A stretch of DNA of 64,000 bases from the human T2T-CHM13v2.0 reference genome, Homo sapiens. Position numbers and translations under genes: made by a program. The DNA is taken from the NCBI RefSeq assembly GCF_009914755.1, contig NC_060925.1; one strand, given 5' to 3'. Positions 1 to 13,586 of the stretch are shown here, piece after piece; the first letter of the stretch is position 1, and the number at the start of each line of letters is the position of its first letter. The notes beneath the pieces are model-generated. The model saw only the letters and a list, made by a program, of their open reading frames with translations. It searched no databases and had not been told where the DNA came from.

Positions 1-93
1 GCCTCCTGAGTTCAGAGGTGAAAACTCACATGGGAGGAGGAGCCAAGCTAGGCCCTACTTTGAGGAGGAGGAGTGGCATGGAGTGCTGCTTTA

Positions 94-276
<183 letters not shown>

Positions 277-964
277 TTATCCCTGCCTTGGGCTAGGCTT
301 GTCCTTGGTAAGGCAGAGTATATCAGCAGCCTGATTGGGCAGCTTCTTCCTCATAGAGCTGGCAGTGATTTTCATTTCCAGCCCTCGCGCTGGACAGCAC
401 TTAGAAAATGTCTGCTGACTTGACTCACCTTCACTAGGAGATCACACCTTGGGAAATGTGGAGATGCCCCAGAGTGTGGATAAAGGGTTGGAAGGAGTGA
501 GGGAGAAGCATCTTGAGAGGATTGGGACTCTCCACCTAATAGATTTCCCCAAACACCAATCCATTTGCCTTTTGCCATCTCATTTTTAAGAAGATTTTCA
601 AATTTCTTGATATATTTTAGTGGAGTGAGGAGTAGAAGTATGGATTAAGAGTGAGAATAAATGTATTTTAAAAAGATGTGTCTATAGAAAAAAGACTATT
701 TAAATGAAAAAACAGGAATCCTGGCTCTTTAAAATCTAGAGCTATATCCCTCTGTGAGTGTGAGCTACTGCTTGGATGAAAGTCAATCTGCTGTAGCAGA
801 AAGTCCACAGGGTTGGATGTCAGGGACATGACTTCTGGTTTAGGATCAGCTCACATGTCATCTCTGGACCTCAGTGTTCTCATCTGCAAAATGTGGGGTA
901 CCCAAGATAGTCCTTAAGGCCTCTCAGCTTTCACAGTTAGGTTTGTCCCTAAAAACCCAGGTAG

Positions 965-1278
965 GGCCGGGCGCGGTGGCTCGCGCTTGTAATCCCAGCA
1001 CTTTGGGAGGCCTAGGCGGGCGGATCACGAGGTCAGGAGATCGAGACCACGGCGAAACCCCGTCTCTACTAAAAATACGAAAAATTAGCCGGGCGTGATG
1101 GCGGGCGCCTGTAGTCCCAGCTACTTGGAAAGGCTGAGGCAGGAGAATGGCATAAACCCATGAGGCGGAGCTTGCAGTGAGCTGAGATCATCCCACTGCA
1201 CTCCAGCCTGGGCGACTGAGCGAGACTCTGTCTCAAAAAACAAAACAAACAAACAAACAAAAAAACAAACAAAAAAAA
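965..1278 (+). mobile_element. AluY-lineage element with 12-bp left-arm deletion (AluYc/Yd type)
   Basis: GAGACCAC-GGCGAAACCCC lacks the usual ATCCTGGCTAAC; A/(CAAA)n tail; TSD-like aaaaacccaggtag on both sides; in RPE65 intron 2. Confidence 0.9.
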
Positions 1279-1991
1279 CCCCAGGTAGGTTTATCCTTTG
1301 AGAAGGGCAGTGATTGACAGTGCTTCCTTGATTCCTACCAGTGAAGTTTTTCAAGCAAATGGATTATTTCCTATAACTAATAATGATACTGATAGTAATA
1401 ATTACTGTCTATTGATCACTTTGTGTTGGATAGTGGGTGAATCATTCTATTTACATTACTCCACTTAATTTTCACAACATCCTCATGACGTAAATTTTGG
1501 GTTTTTGTAGGTAAGGGAATTGAGGCTCAGAACGTTTAAGTAACTTAGAGGATTCACAGACAGTGAAATGATAGAGCTAGGTTAGCATCTACATCTGCCT
1601 CCCAGCAGAACCAACATTCCTCTAATAAAATGGGCATGAAACCCACCACCCTTTAATACTCCCAGGTGCTTGTCACTGGGCCTTCATTTATTCAGACACC
1701 AATGGAACAGACATTTATAGGACATTTACTATGTGCCAGGCACTGAGCTAGGCACTGACAGTTTGAAGATGACAAAGGTGTAATCCTGATCCTTAGGGAA
1801 TTCCAATTAGGTAGCGTTTTTCTGCATTAGAGAAATAAAGTAAAGGCGAATGAAAGAAAATGGGTTCTTGCTATAAAAAGCCCAAACCACCTGATCCCTC
1901 TCCCTGTGACCCACAGGGGGAGTCTGCACTGAGAGACGCCAAGGAATAGGAAGCCAGAGAAGAGAGACTGACATAAAAGAGGATGGCTTCA

Positions 1992-2132
<141 letters not shown>

Positions 2133-3279
2133 TCAAAGTCCGCAGAGATAGAGGCAGAGCTGCAGGAGAGAAGGCACTCTAGGGCTGGCTCAAAGCCTGT
2201 TCACTCCTGCCGGTCTAGTCTCAGCTGGGTGGGGGTGGGGGTGGGGGGAGAAGCGAAGGTGAGGGCGGGAGGAGCACGTGAGGCTGGGGGTGGGGAAGAC
2301 TACTCAGGTATGGAAGGGGGTCCCAGATCACTGCTCTGATGTCAAGAGACATGACCTCTCTTTTAATGTCAATGGTTACAGTGAACTTAATCCTGTCCTC
2401 TGCAGTTTTTCCTTACTTCGGAAGACAAATCAATCAATCCTACTGCCATCAGTTCACTTCCTGAAATTTGTTCCTAAACAGGGTCCTTCCCACAGTATTC
2501 TCCCACCCTATCAACATGCTCAGCTCACAGCATCATTGATTTTCTTGCCTCAAGGAGAGACCCATTTATCTCCTTCCTAGGGGTTGAGAGATGACAGCTT
2601 TTTGGGTCAGGTACCTCATCTTTCATTATTCACTCATATTATACCATAATTTTTTCCCCATCATCTCATTTCTCTACCAATCCCCAAGACCTACAGTACT
2701 TTTTCATCATAGTCAGACCAGGAGATTCAGGTTCTATATTTTTGTTTACTTTCTACATCCTCTGTTCAGTTTCATGTTGTAACTTCAAAGAGTGGAATCT
2801 CTGACCAGACTCAATTATAATAATTACCTTTTACTAAACAATTACTATGTCCTACATACCATAAAAAGAACTTTGCATGGTATTATCTCTTTTAAATCTC
2901 ACAGTAACATAATGGAGTAAAAGCTATTGTGACATCTTTCTATATACAGGAAAAGCTAGACTTAAAAAGTTAGGTAATTTGTCCAAAGTCACACACTAGG
3001 AAATGACTGGGCAAGGAGTGGAGCCCAAGTCTGTCTGAAATCCCCATACTCAAGACTGCTTCCAAACCCCGGGCTAAGTCACACAAACCCCCCATAATTT
3101 GGACCTGAATTCTAGCTAGTTGCTTTAATACATAAGCAGGAAAAAATTTCCCCACCAAAATTCAAGGGTCTTTCCTAAACAGGTCATTAATCAATGCCTT
3201 CTCTTCAGGAGCCCTTGAAATAGCACATTTATCATGAATCCATGAAGGTGTTTTAAAAAAGTCTCCCAGAGATACTTAC

Positions 3280-3290
3280 TGGATAGACAT
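3280..3290 (-). CDS. RPE65: RPE65 exon 1 coding part (ATGTCTATCCA, MSI-Q)
   Basis: ATG at 3290 followed after 11 nt by consensus donor gtaagt; joins exon 2 in frame to give the known N-terminus MSIQVEHPAGG; short 5'UTR extends to about 3344. Confidence 0.97.
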
Positions 3291-3344
3291 TTTCTTCCAG
3301 TTCAGGATCCAGAGTTCTGGCACCAACTGCAGAATGAAGAAGGA

Positions 3345-3600
3345 AGTTCTCAGCCAGGGGCCTTTTTATGCCTTCTAAATCCCTTAAAAGGAGTTATGGC
3401 TTTGGGAGCCCTTCCCCACCCCTTCAGCTGAGGGAGGGGGAACAGAAGTTGCTTTCAGCTCTCAGATCCCCCTGATGCTTGGCTTTATTTGGGCTTGCTG
3501 TTCCCATAACAGTTGTTTGGCTGTTTTCCAGAGACCTCAATCCTTCCCAAGGAGAATGAGAACAGATTAGAAAGAAAGGAGCTAGGTGGGAGTGGCCAGC
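3345..3600 (-). promoter_or_regulatory. RPE65: RPE65 proximal promoter
   Basis: TATA-like CATAAAAA at ~3363-3370 (minus), CAGCTG E-box 3425-3430, OTX-type TAATCT at ~3564-3569 (minus); directly upstream of exon 1; boundaries approximate. Confidence 0.7.
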
Positions 3601-4942
3601 GTCAGGCCTGAGCTGATCCCAGTCACCCCACTGGACCTTGGCACCATTCTCTGGGGCCCACCTCCCCCTAATACCTCTGTGCCTTCATTCTCACCCTCAT
3701 TCATTAACTCACTTATTTTTAAAAATATCTATTACATACCACCTATGAACCAGACAGAGATGGGTATTGTCCCTGTCCCTGTCTTCACAGATCTTATAAC
3801 TCTGTAAGAGTTATAGTAAACAAAGTATTCAACCATGTTTGATTAGTGCTAAGATTGGAGAAGTATAAAATGTTATGGAAGCACATTGTGCACCTCTAAC
3901 CCTCTCTAGCAACCTTATTGATACCATTCAGTGCCAATATTCTTCCAACCAGGTTGAGGACTTTTGATTTGCTGAGAATGAAATTCTGCATATCTTTGCT
4001 TGTCACTAATGCCTGTCTGCTCTCTGCCTCACCTTCTTGTCCATTGGTATATGTTTGGCACTCTGAGAGTATACAGCATCAATTCATTCATATCTCCAAT
4101 ACTCTTTCATTAAGTCTCAGTTGCTTGCCAGCACAGACAAGGTACTGCCCAAAGAAGTCCTTGGAAAACAGGCAAGATATATACTATACCAGCTAACAAC
4201 CTTAACATTTTTTTTGAGAAACTCATTAACAATTTTAAATTTAGTGTGCAGTTATGGCTACTTACCCTAGGGGTCTTCTTCAACAAAACTGTATAACAAT
4301 TAATCCAAGTGCTTCCCAAGATATACAACAGTAGCTTCATTTCCTTACAGTGAGGGCATAGGCATGTGATGGGCTCCACCCGTTAGGGACAGTGGTAGAA
4401 GTCCTAATGGTAGCACCTGGGGCTTAGCATCCATAATATCTCTGCCCATCCAAGGCAGTTGTAGTGTCTCCATTCAACAGTGGAGCCCGGAATATTGTTA
4501 CTGGCTGGGTAGCCTCCAAGCTCCATCCTTTAGCCATCCCAGAGATTGTTATCTCTCTAATATTTACAATATTTGCGTTCTGCTTTATTAGAGTTAGTTC
4601 CATTATTTGCAGCTAAGAGCCCTATGCCTATAAAATGATGGTAGTATAAGATACTACCATCATATTTTGGGGGGTATAATCACTTTTGTTGGATCTTGGA
4701 GAGTAATAGAAGAGGAGATTAATATCTATCTTTCCACATTAAAAGACCTGTTTCCAAAATATTTCAAATAAGAAACTTCTCCTCAAAGTACAAGGATAAT
4801 CCAAATCTTCTTAAACCAGCAATAAAAGCATAAAATTTTTATTTAGAATTAAAGCAAATACTTCTGTATCACAAACACAATATTAAACTTCAATAAATAT
4901 ACCACTAATTTGGAGTGAGCACTTATTTGCACAATACCATAC

Positions 4943-5141
4943 TTTTTTTTTTGCTATGAGAATGCTTTATTAGGCAAAACCATATACTATGAAAGTGCTT
5001 TAAAATGCAACAGGAGGAGATGTGAAGACACAAAGAACAAGTGCCTAGTGACACATGGATATCAGAACACACCAAGTAAAGTATCCACACTGCTTCCACC
5101 CTTTACCAAGAAAAGGAAGGATCTAGGCCACCTCCTCCTCG
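4943..5141 (-). pseudogene. 5'-truncated processed retrocopy of a TUBB8-type beta-tubulin mRNA 3' end
   Basis: Minus strand: GAG GAG GAG GTG GCC TAG (EEEVA*, beta-tubulin C-terminus; stop at 5125-5123), then ~170 nt resembling the TUBB8 3'UTR as I recall it (..GTTTTGCCTAATAAAGCATTCTCATAGC), AATAAA at 4971-4966 and A10 tail at 4952-4943. Confidence 0.8.
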
Positions 5142-5401
5142 TCACCGTAGGATGCTGTGGTACCACCCAGGAAGAACATTGATACTGGCATTAGGAACCT
5201 CCAGGAGAAAAAGGAAGTATCTAAGCTGAGATGGGATAAATATATAAAAGTTAGCCAGTCAAAGGGCAGGTAGAAGAGTGTTCAGGCACAGCTTGTGTTA
5301 TTTATAAAAGTCTAGAGGCTAACATAAGGTGGGAAAATAGCTAGAGATGAAACTGGACTAGAGATAATCATAGGCCAGATTGTGTAGAACATCATAAACT
5401 A

Positions 5402-5705
5402 GGCCAGGCACAGTGGCTCACGCCTGTAATCCCGGCCCTTTGGGAGGCCGAGGTGGGCAGATCACGAGGTCAGGAGATCGAAACCATCCTGGCTAACACG
5501 GTGAAACCCCGTCTCTACTAAAAATACAAAAAATTATCCGGGTGTGGTGGTGGGCACCCGTAGCCCTAGCTACTCGGGAGGCTGAGGCAGGAGAATGGCG
5601 TGAACCCAGGAGGCGGAACTTGCAGTGAGCTGAGATCGTGCCACTGCACTTTAGCCTGGGTGACAGAGCGAGACTCCATCTCAAAAAAAAAAAAAAAAAA
5701 AAAAA
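5402..5705 (+). mobile_element. Alu (AluY/Sc-like), full length
   Basis: Dimeric Alu with A tail; TSD agaacatcataaac at 5386-5399 and 5705-5718. Confidence 0.95.
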
Positions 5706-6080
5706 GAACATCATAAACCATTTACAGAAATCCAGACCCTTGTCATGAGAAAAGGGGAATCACTGAAATATTTTATCCAGAGGAGTGACATGATCTGATT
5801 TGCATTTTAGTAGGACGACTTAGAATGCATTGTGGATAATATACTGGAATAGGAGATTTGGGCAAGACAAATTAAAGGGAGGCACAGATCAAACAAGTGG
5901 AGATAGCTGTTGTAAGCAGGTACACTGAGGGATGGATACGAATAGTGAAATTCAAGAGATACTTCAGAGGAGGCCTAATCTAACTCTGGGACTGGTAAAT
6001 GTGTTGGGGAAATAAAAGGCATAAAAAAGGATTACCGGTGGGTTTCTGGTTTCTGGTACAATTCATTCAGATAATGCACA

Positions 6081-6082
<2 letters not shown>

Positions 6083-6113
<31 letters not shown>
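6083..6113. repeat. (GT)n microsatellite
   Basis: ~15 GT units. Confidence 0.95.
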
Positions 6114-6114
<1 letters not shown>

Positions 6115-8799
6115 TGTTTCAGGGATACAGAGAAAATGAATTCTGATTGTGATTTGAACTTATTTATTAAAGGAGAAGATCCCCGGGGCCTGTAATCATT
6201 TGAGAGCCTAATAGGGAGGCTGAATGAGTTAGCATCTGAAGGATAAGCTCAGTGTTGACATAGAAAAAAGATGGAGGTGGCATTCTTAGGGAAAGATGCA
6301 GAGTGAGAGAAGGCAGAGGAATGAGCATGTTAGAAAGACTTTCTCCTGCAGCATTTTTGTTGGATTTTATTTTCTCAGCAGTCTCTTCTCTTCGAGAAGA
6401 GCTACAGGCCATGTTGTCATACCTGTACACTGTCAGTTCATTGGAGAGAAATTCCACTAATATCAAGACCCAGCAGCTTTTTAAAATTTTCACCTCTCCC
6501 CTCCCATTACAAGAGGCTGAAAGAGAAGTCTTTGTCGGAAAGAAAGCGTATACTAGTTGAGAGAGAGAGCATTAACAAACTGCATTTAAGTTCACCTCCT
6601 GGGAGATGAGAATCCGGTCTTGCTGGTGCCCGTGTCTGCACCAAGTGCCTTTCTTAGATATCCCTGTGCTGCCTTTGGTGTTCTGGGGCTATAACCACAT
6701 TGTTTAAGAACAGCAACTGGTTTTAGCACTTTTTGCATTGTTTTGCGTCTGTGGTATCCTTTATGCTTCAACGTATAGATCCTAGAAGTCAGCTTCTTGA
6801 AGGATATTTCTTTTAAAAGTACAAATCATGGCAATTCATTCTAGGAATGCTCACAAACCCGTAGGCCATATGAATCATCAAATTAGTACGCTTGGAGAAA
6901 TTCAGGATGAAAACTAATTTCTGTGTATTAAATTTCATTGAACCCTGAGCTCCTCAGGTATAAGACAGGGAAAATATGCAAAAGCATTCTTTAGCCAGAA
7001 GTATTCCATATGAATATTAAGTAATGCTTATTAATGTCAATTCTCAGGAAGTTTGAGAGTGTCTAATCTTCTAGCTACTACTTCCTACCTCAGAAGTAAC
7101 CCATTTTTTTCTTATTCTGCCATTGGTGTGAAGTTAAAGATCAGATGTCCACATCCTTTCAAAGCATGATTTTGACCTCTTTGCTCCTATATCCTCAAAT
7201 GTAGACCTCTTTTCTAGGTCTAACTTTATCTTTCTGTGGTTTCAGTGTGATACACCGGATCCCCAATGTATTGTTACTTCTCTTTTCATCATCTCCTTTT
7301 ATTCCTTCCCCACCTTAATTTTTTGTCTTTTGGTAAAATCAGATCTTTATGTCCAATTTCTGTGTCTGCCTAAGAAACTGTTATTTTGACATACTTTGGT
7401 GTATTTACCAAAATAATATTCCATGAATTAAAATAGCAAAACACCTTTCTACAGAGATTTCTAAATAGAAACTGATTCCACATTTCTTTGAAGAAACTGG
7501 TTTAGAGGGTATTATAAAAGCTGCTTTTTCATCCTGATATTAGGCAGATCAGCTGGGGCCTGCAGGTCATGGTGAGGAGTTTGGATTGAGTTCTGAGAGC
7601 AATGGGAAGATATTCAGGGCTTTAAACAGGGGAATGACTGAGGGATCTGATTTATGTTTTGGAAAAAAATCACTCCCACTGGTATTTGAAGAATGGATTA
7701 TAAGTGTCTAGAAAGGAAGTAGGGAAACTGGCAGTTCATTTCAGGTGAGGTGATGATGGTGCTTAGATTACAGTAGAGCAATGCATATGGAAAAAAGATT
7801 GAAAGATTTGAGATATGTTTTGTAGGTAGAAATTATAGGACACATGATAGGTTGATATATATGGGATATAAGAAAATGAGTTAAAGATCATCACCTATCT
7901 ATTGCTAACATTGTAGCATAAAAGCCAAACAGCAAACCTCAGTGTCACACAAGAGTAAGTTTCTCGGGTGGTTGGCTAGGTGTATCTGCAATATGTCTTA
8001 ATTTGCTTTCATAACTGGAGTTTACCTTGCTGTCTAGATACTGGCTGAAATAAGTGAGGTTATTTGGCTCTGCTATACCTCTCCTCTCCAGCAGGCCAGC
8101 CAGGGCTTATTCCCCTGGCAATGACAAATGAAAGAGCAAGTGATAACAGGAGAAGCCGCTTAAGGCCTAGGCTCAGAACTGATCTACTGTCACTTTCACC
8201 ACTTTCTACTAGCCAAAACAAGTCATGTGGCCAGCTTAGACTTTGAGTGGGGTGAAAATAGCTTTGACCTTGGTAGTCTTCAGTGAGAAGGACTACAGTG
8301 TCACACTGCAGAGGTCATGAAAACAGGGAAGGATGTAGAATTGAAAGCATTTTTTCAGCACATGGGAGACCCAAATTCGATTTCTAGGTTTTAGAAAGAG
8401 CAATTGAATGACTGTCAAACTAGTCTCCAGGACTAGGGGAGAAATTGCTGAGTGGAAATGGGTATATTACGAATTCTCAGTTAAACGTGAGATGTGAGAA
8501 GCCTGTAAGACATTCATCTTCTCCAAGACACTTACTTGTCCCTCTTGCTCCTTCCCCAATAGCAGCCCTCATGCTACCTACCCTGAAGGAATTTTCTCAG
8601 TAGAGGTAGGATTTGACCCAAAGTAGTCTGAGCCTACATTTTATAAGTATTTCTTCCATCCACATATAGAAGTTCTAGCAAATATAATTTTCTCATTTTC
8701 ATTACATGCTCAATGATACTTTAGTACTCCTTATAGACAGATGATCCTGGAGGCTTCCCAGCTGACTTGCTGGAAAGTTAGCTGGGAAGGGTTGAAATC

Positions 8800-9320
8800 T
8801 CTCTTCAACTCATTCCCAACCATACTGCCAGAGGCATTCTTTTAAAGGAAAATCTGACCATCTTCCTTCCTTGAGGTTTTTAAGAGGTCTACAGAACTTA
8901 CTCAATAAAGTCCAATCACTTTAGCACAGCTATAAGATCCTTCCCATCTTGTCCCCTGCTGGCTTCTTAGTGCCATCATCTGCCATTTTCCCCTTTCCTT
9001 TGTGCTCTGGCAGTACCAAGCTGGCCACTGTCTCTCATGGATTGCATATTGTTTCAGGCCTCCCTTCACTTTGTTGAGCCCTTTGCTTGGGCCTCCCTTC
9101 CTTCTCTTGCCCGTCTGTCAAATTCCCAGTGTCTGTCATAACCCTGATAGAGTACAACCTTCCTGGAATGCCTCAGACAGGATGGTATCCTTTGTTCTTT
9201 TTCTGAAACTCATATATGTCTAGACCACATTATATTATTTCACTCGTTAGCATGTCTGTCTTGCTCTTCTTGCTTATTGTAGAGAAATAGAATTGTCATG
9301 CTTAGCACATTGATATTTGG
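8800..9320. mobile_element. Degenerate L2-like fragment
   Basis: L2-like motifs (catactgccagag..ttttaaag.aaatctgacca, ctcaataaagtccaa, cttagcacat); boundaries approximate. Confidence 0.5.
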
Positions 9321-12300
9321 CTAAACTGTTCAATACCTGTCAGGGTGGAAACTGGAGACAGCCACCTGTTCCCTCAGGGGAAAATGGACAGACTAGCAAA
9401 GCTTTGCACTCACTTCTGCTTCACACCCATAAATCACATGCAAGGCAACCTTCCCTGCTCCTCTTGTCTCTCCACCACTGCCAGAACTTAGTCTGCCCAG
9501 GCATCATTCAAAAATGTCATGGGGAAGAGGGACCTAGGGATAGCCCTGGCCATGTATCTTTCTATTTTCCCCCCTCTAGTGGATGTCAGAGTGCCCTCTT
9601 GCTGGTGGGTTTCATCTCTCATTTAGAGAATCCTTCTTGCCTTCCACTGCCTGTGTGAGTAATAAACATCAAAATTACTTGTGGTCTCTGGCTTGAGTGT
9701 GATATGTTTTGACATTTAATGTTTTGAAAAGGTAGCGCCTGGCAGCAGGCTTCCTGCAACACTTCTGCTTCATTATGCTTAGGGCATCAGTACAAGAGCT
9801 TAAAATTTGTTGATGGTTGACTAAGTTAGTAGAGGCCCACTAGAAGAGCTGCCTGAATGAACTGAGCAGGCAAGAGTAAAAGTTTTGTTTATAAATGAGT
9901 GCTTAATGATTTTTTTAAAAAGAATTTGAAGTATTTTACTTAAAATCTTGATTGTACTCTGATTTTAGTTAATCAGCTCTTGATTCACATCCACCAAAAA
10001 AAAGCACAAAAGAGGATTCTGGGTCAGCCGTATTGGATTAATGGTGGCTCAGCTATTGAAGGCCTATGGTACACTTGGAAGTTCTCAGGTCATGACAGTC
10101 AGTGCAAATGCTAAGAAGAATGGGAGGCTGAAATCTTCTAGGAAAAGAGACCCTTCTCCCTGACTCTTTGGACTCTTTGGACCAGAGAACTGGTTTATTT
10201 GATCAAAGAACCTCAAGTGTAGATTAAAACCACTTAACCTCTTACTGTAGGTATCAGACAAAGAGCTATTCTAATAGCATTAGGAATTCTGGCTGTGCTG
10301 AGCCAGTTTATGGAATTTTTTGGAATTAATAGATTGCTTGAGGGGGCCTTTTCAGACAATAAAGAATAGGCTTCCTAATAAGAGAGAGTTATTAATAAAT
10401 GGACTGAATGTCCACACTTATATTTATTTTTCTTTTTACCAGTGTGTATTTATTATCTGTTTTTATGTTTGATTCCCTACCTAGAGAGTTTCTTGAGAGT
10501 AGTGCCCCTGTTAATTTGTCACTGTATTGTAGAACTCATTACTTAATAAGTAAATCCTAGTCACCTCATTCTTTCTAGATTCTCAGCTTCATCTCCTCAA
10601 CTTCGAAAGTGTGTTGGCTGGCTTTATCTATGCTCACTTCTTGCATATCACAGCCTGGAAACTTTTTATAACACTAAGATGTTGCAATCGGATGGCTTTC
10701 ACCTTGTTTAGTGATTATTGTTCTTTATTTTCTGATGTCTTGTATCTTAAACACTGTTGTTTTATTTTTAAATTATTTTAGGCACAGACCAACTATGGTC
10801 CCTAGTGCTCAATCTTAGTTGGAAGCTGAAGTTCATAAATTGATGAAGACTTGTTTTGAAATAATTTCAGAGAACTGTCTGACCTTCATATAGAACAGTG
10901 TGTCAGGGTGGGAAGAATTTATGCTGTGAATCTTTAGATATGAGAAAATGAGATGATAAAGTTTCATGACTAAAATCATTAGGTATGATATGGTGGTAGT
11001 GGAAGTTAAATAATATAGGAGGTAAGAAACCTAAGAAAGACTACTGTTAGATTTATAAACTATAAATGTTTCCTGTCATATCCTATGTATATGGCAGTGA
11101 AATAGAAGACAAATTCCTTTTTTTAAATCAAACTTCATCCTAGTGAGGCAACAGGCAATATAACCAAAAAATACACAACATACGACTTGTGTTACATTAT
11201 AGCCTTATGCTGTCCCTGTTATAGCACTTGTTTCATTATTTTGTAACTGGCAATGTATTCATCTCTTTCTCCAACCAGTTTGTAAACTTCTCTAGAGTCA
11301 GGACCAGGGTATCTTATTTAGTCTTTTATTCCCATTGTCTAGCAAACTACAGAGCATATAGTAGGTATCAGTGAATGAATAGGTAAACGGACAGTATGAA
11401 TTTTTTGTATCAAAATTGATGGTCAAGGAAGTTATTTTGGATAAATGAGTCTTTTGGTTACTTTTAGCTAATTGCCCTGACATCTCTCAATTGAATGGCC
11501 AGTGCATTCATTCTCAACCCCCCACTGAGGGTGGTGTGTTATAATATGTTAAGTTCCATATATGTTTTCTAAAGTTCTAATAATAATCTTCTAGTGATGA
11601 CTTTATTTTTCCAGTTCTTTTGGCTTCACATTTAAACAAGTGAACAGTTATTCACTTATTTGAATCCACTAAATTCAAAGAAGACAGAAGCTAATTATGT
11701 GTCTACTTGTGTATTATTCAGTACTTACTTCACAATATGGTCAATACAGCTATGTGGCAAAAAATGCTGAGGCAAAAAAGGACAGCAACTAATTGTGTAC
11801 CATGTCCATGGCAGCAAGATCCTTGTATCTGTCCCTAGGATCTCGAATAATGTTGAGAAATGAATGAATAAATAGATGAATGAACAGTACCTCATGTATC
11901 CTTCTCAAGGCTAATTCACCATCAGTAAAATTAGTCTGAAAGGCAAGCTGGAAAAGAAAAGGTAAGCCATTCTCCATAGAAATATCTATATCTGATGAGG
12001 ATGTTATTATTATGGTTTATAAAGAGAATTCCCATTTCCCAAGAGGTGTCCTCTAAAACTGCCTGTTCAGCAAAGTGGGTATTTTATAACCAAATGGATG
12101 GACTTGGGCTATTATAGAGAATGGGCAAGCAGGTTATTTTTAAAAAATATCTGTGGAATAAAATGTTTTAGCTCAGGCCAAGCTATTCAAGTCATGTTCA
12201 ATACCTTAAATTCCAATCAAGTCTATAAAAGAGAGTTCGATTTGAAAACCTCTGCCAGAATTAGTTGTATTTTGAAGGTCCTTGTATGCAAACGATAAAA

Positions 12301-13200
12301 TAGGACAAGAACACACAGGAGAAGAGAAGGAGAAAAGCCACATATAAGAGAAAATGTGGTAAGGTTATGTGTAAGTTATTAGGCTTTAATCTTATTTTAT
12401 AATTAAGCATTTGGTGAAACATTTGATAAGACATCAAATGTAATTATGAAAAGGTAAAATAGCAGACTATAATCCATTAAGGATGCCTAAATCAGACTTG
12501 TTAAATTAGTTATTTCCAGAATCTGCTTATCTTGCATATGAGGATTTAAAAAAGCTGGGTGGTGGGCAGATTAGTAGATTCTAATAGTTTACCATGCAGG
12601 CTGTGATGATTAGTTTGCAGCTGCTGATAACAGCACAAAAATGTGCATTAAAGCTGTGAAATATTTCATGAAACTGCTACAACGTCATTCTCTGACATCA
12701 ATCTGTAAATGCAGAAATTCACACTCAATCAGGTCTGCTAGCAATTTTTTTTCCACTGTAAATCCCTCATAATCTTTCTTTAGCTAAGTTAATCATTTCT
12801 GCACAAGCTGTGTGCAGTTAAGGCAATTACCCAAAGAATCTTGGCCTTAAAAAACACTTTGATCGCTGATGTTCATACTTCTAAATGAACACTTTATTTT
12901 TTTGTCTGAATAATCTACTATTAAGTTCCTATTTCATTTCTTTTTGTGAGGACAAGTTTTTCAATACCAAAATTATTATTTTTTGCATTCATTAATTAGA
13001 GATGTTTTGTTTAACTAGGAATTCTTTTAACAACTGGATTTAGAAAGGTTCCAATTGCACTGAAATTACATTTCAACTGTTACATTCAAAAGATCTACCT
13101 TAGATTATTACGGCTGCAAAATTCATAATTAGCACATGATAACAGATTTGAAATAATCAGTAAAGTTAAAATTTGAAATGGGGTAGAAGAAGCAGGGTGG

Positions 13201-13586
<386 letters not shown>

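Noticed and set aside
10161-10182. 10-bp tandem duplication gactctttgg
   Set aside because: Simple slippage-type duplication with no contextual signal.
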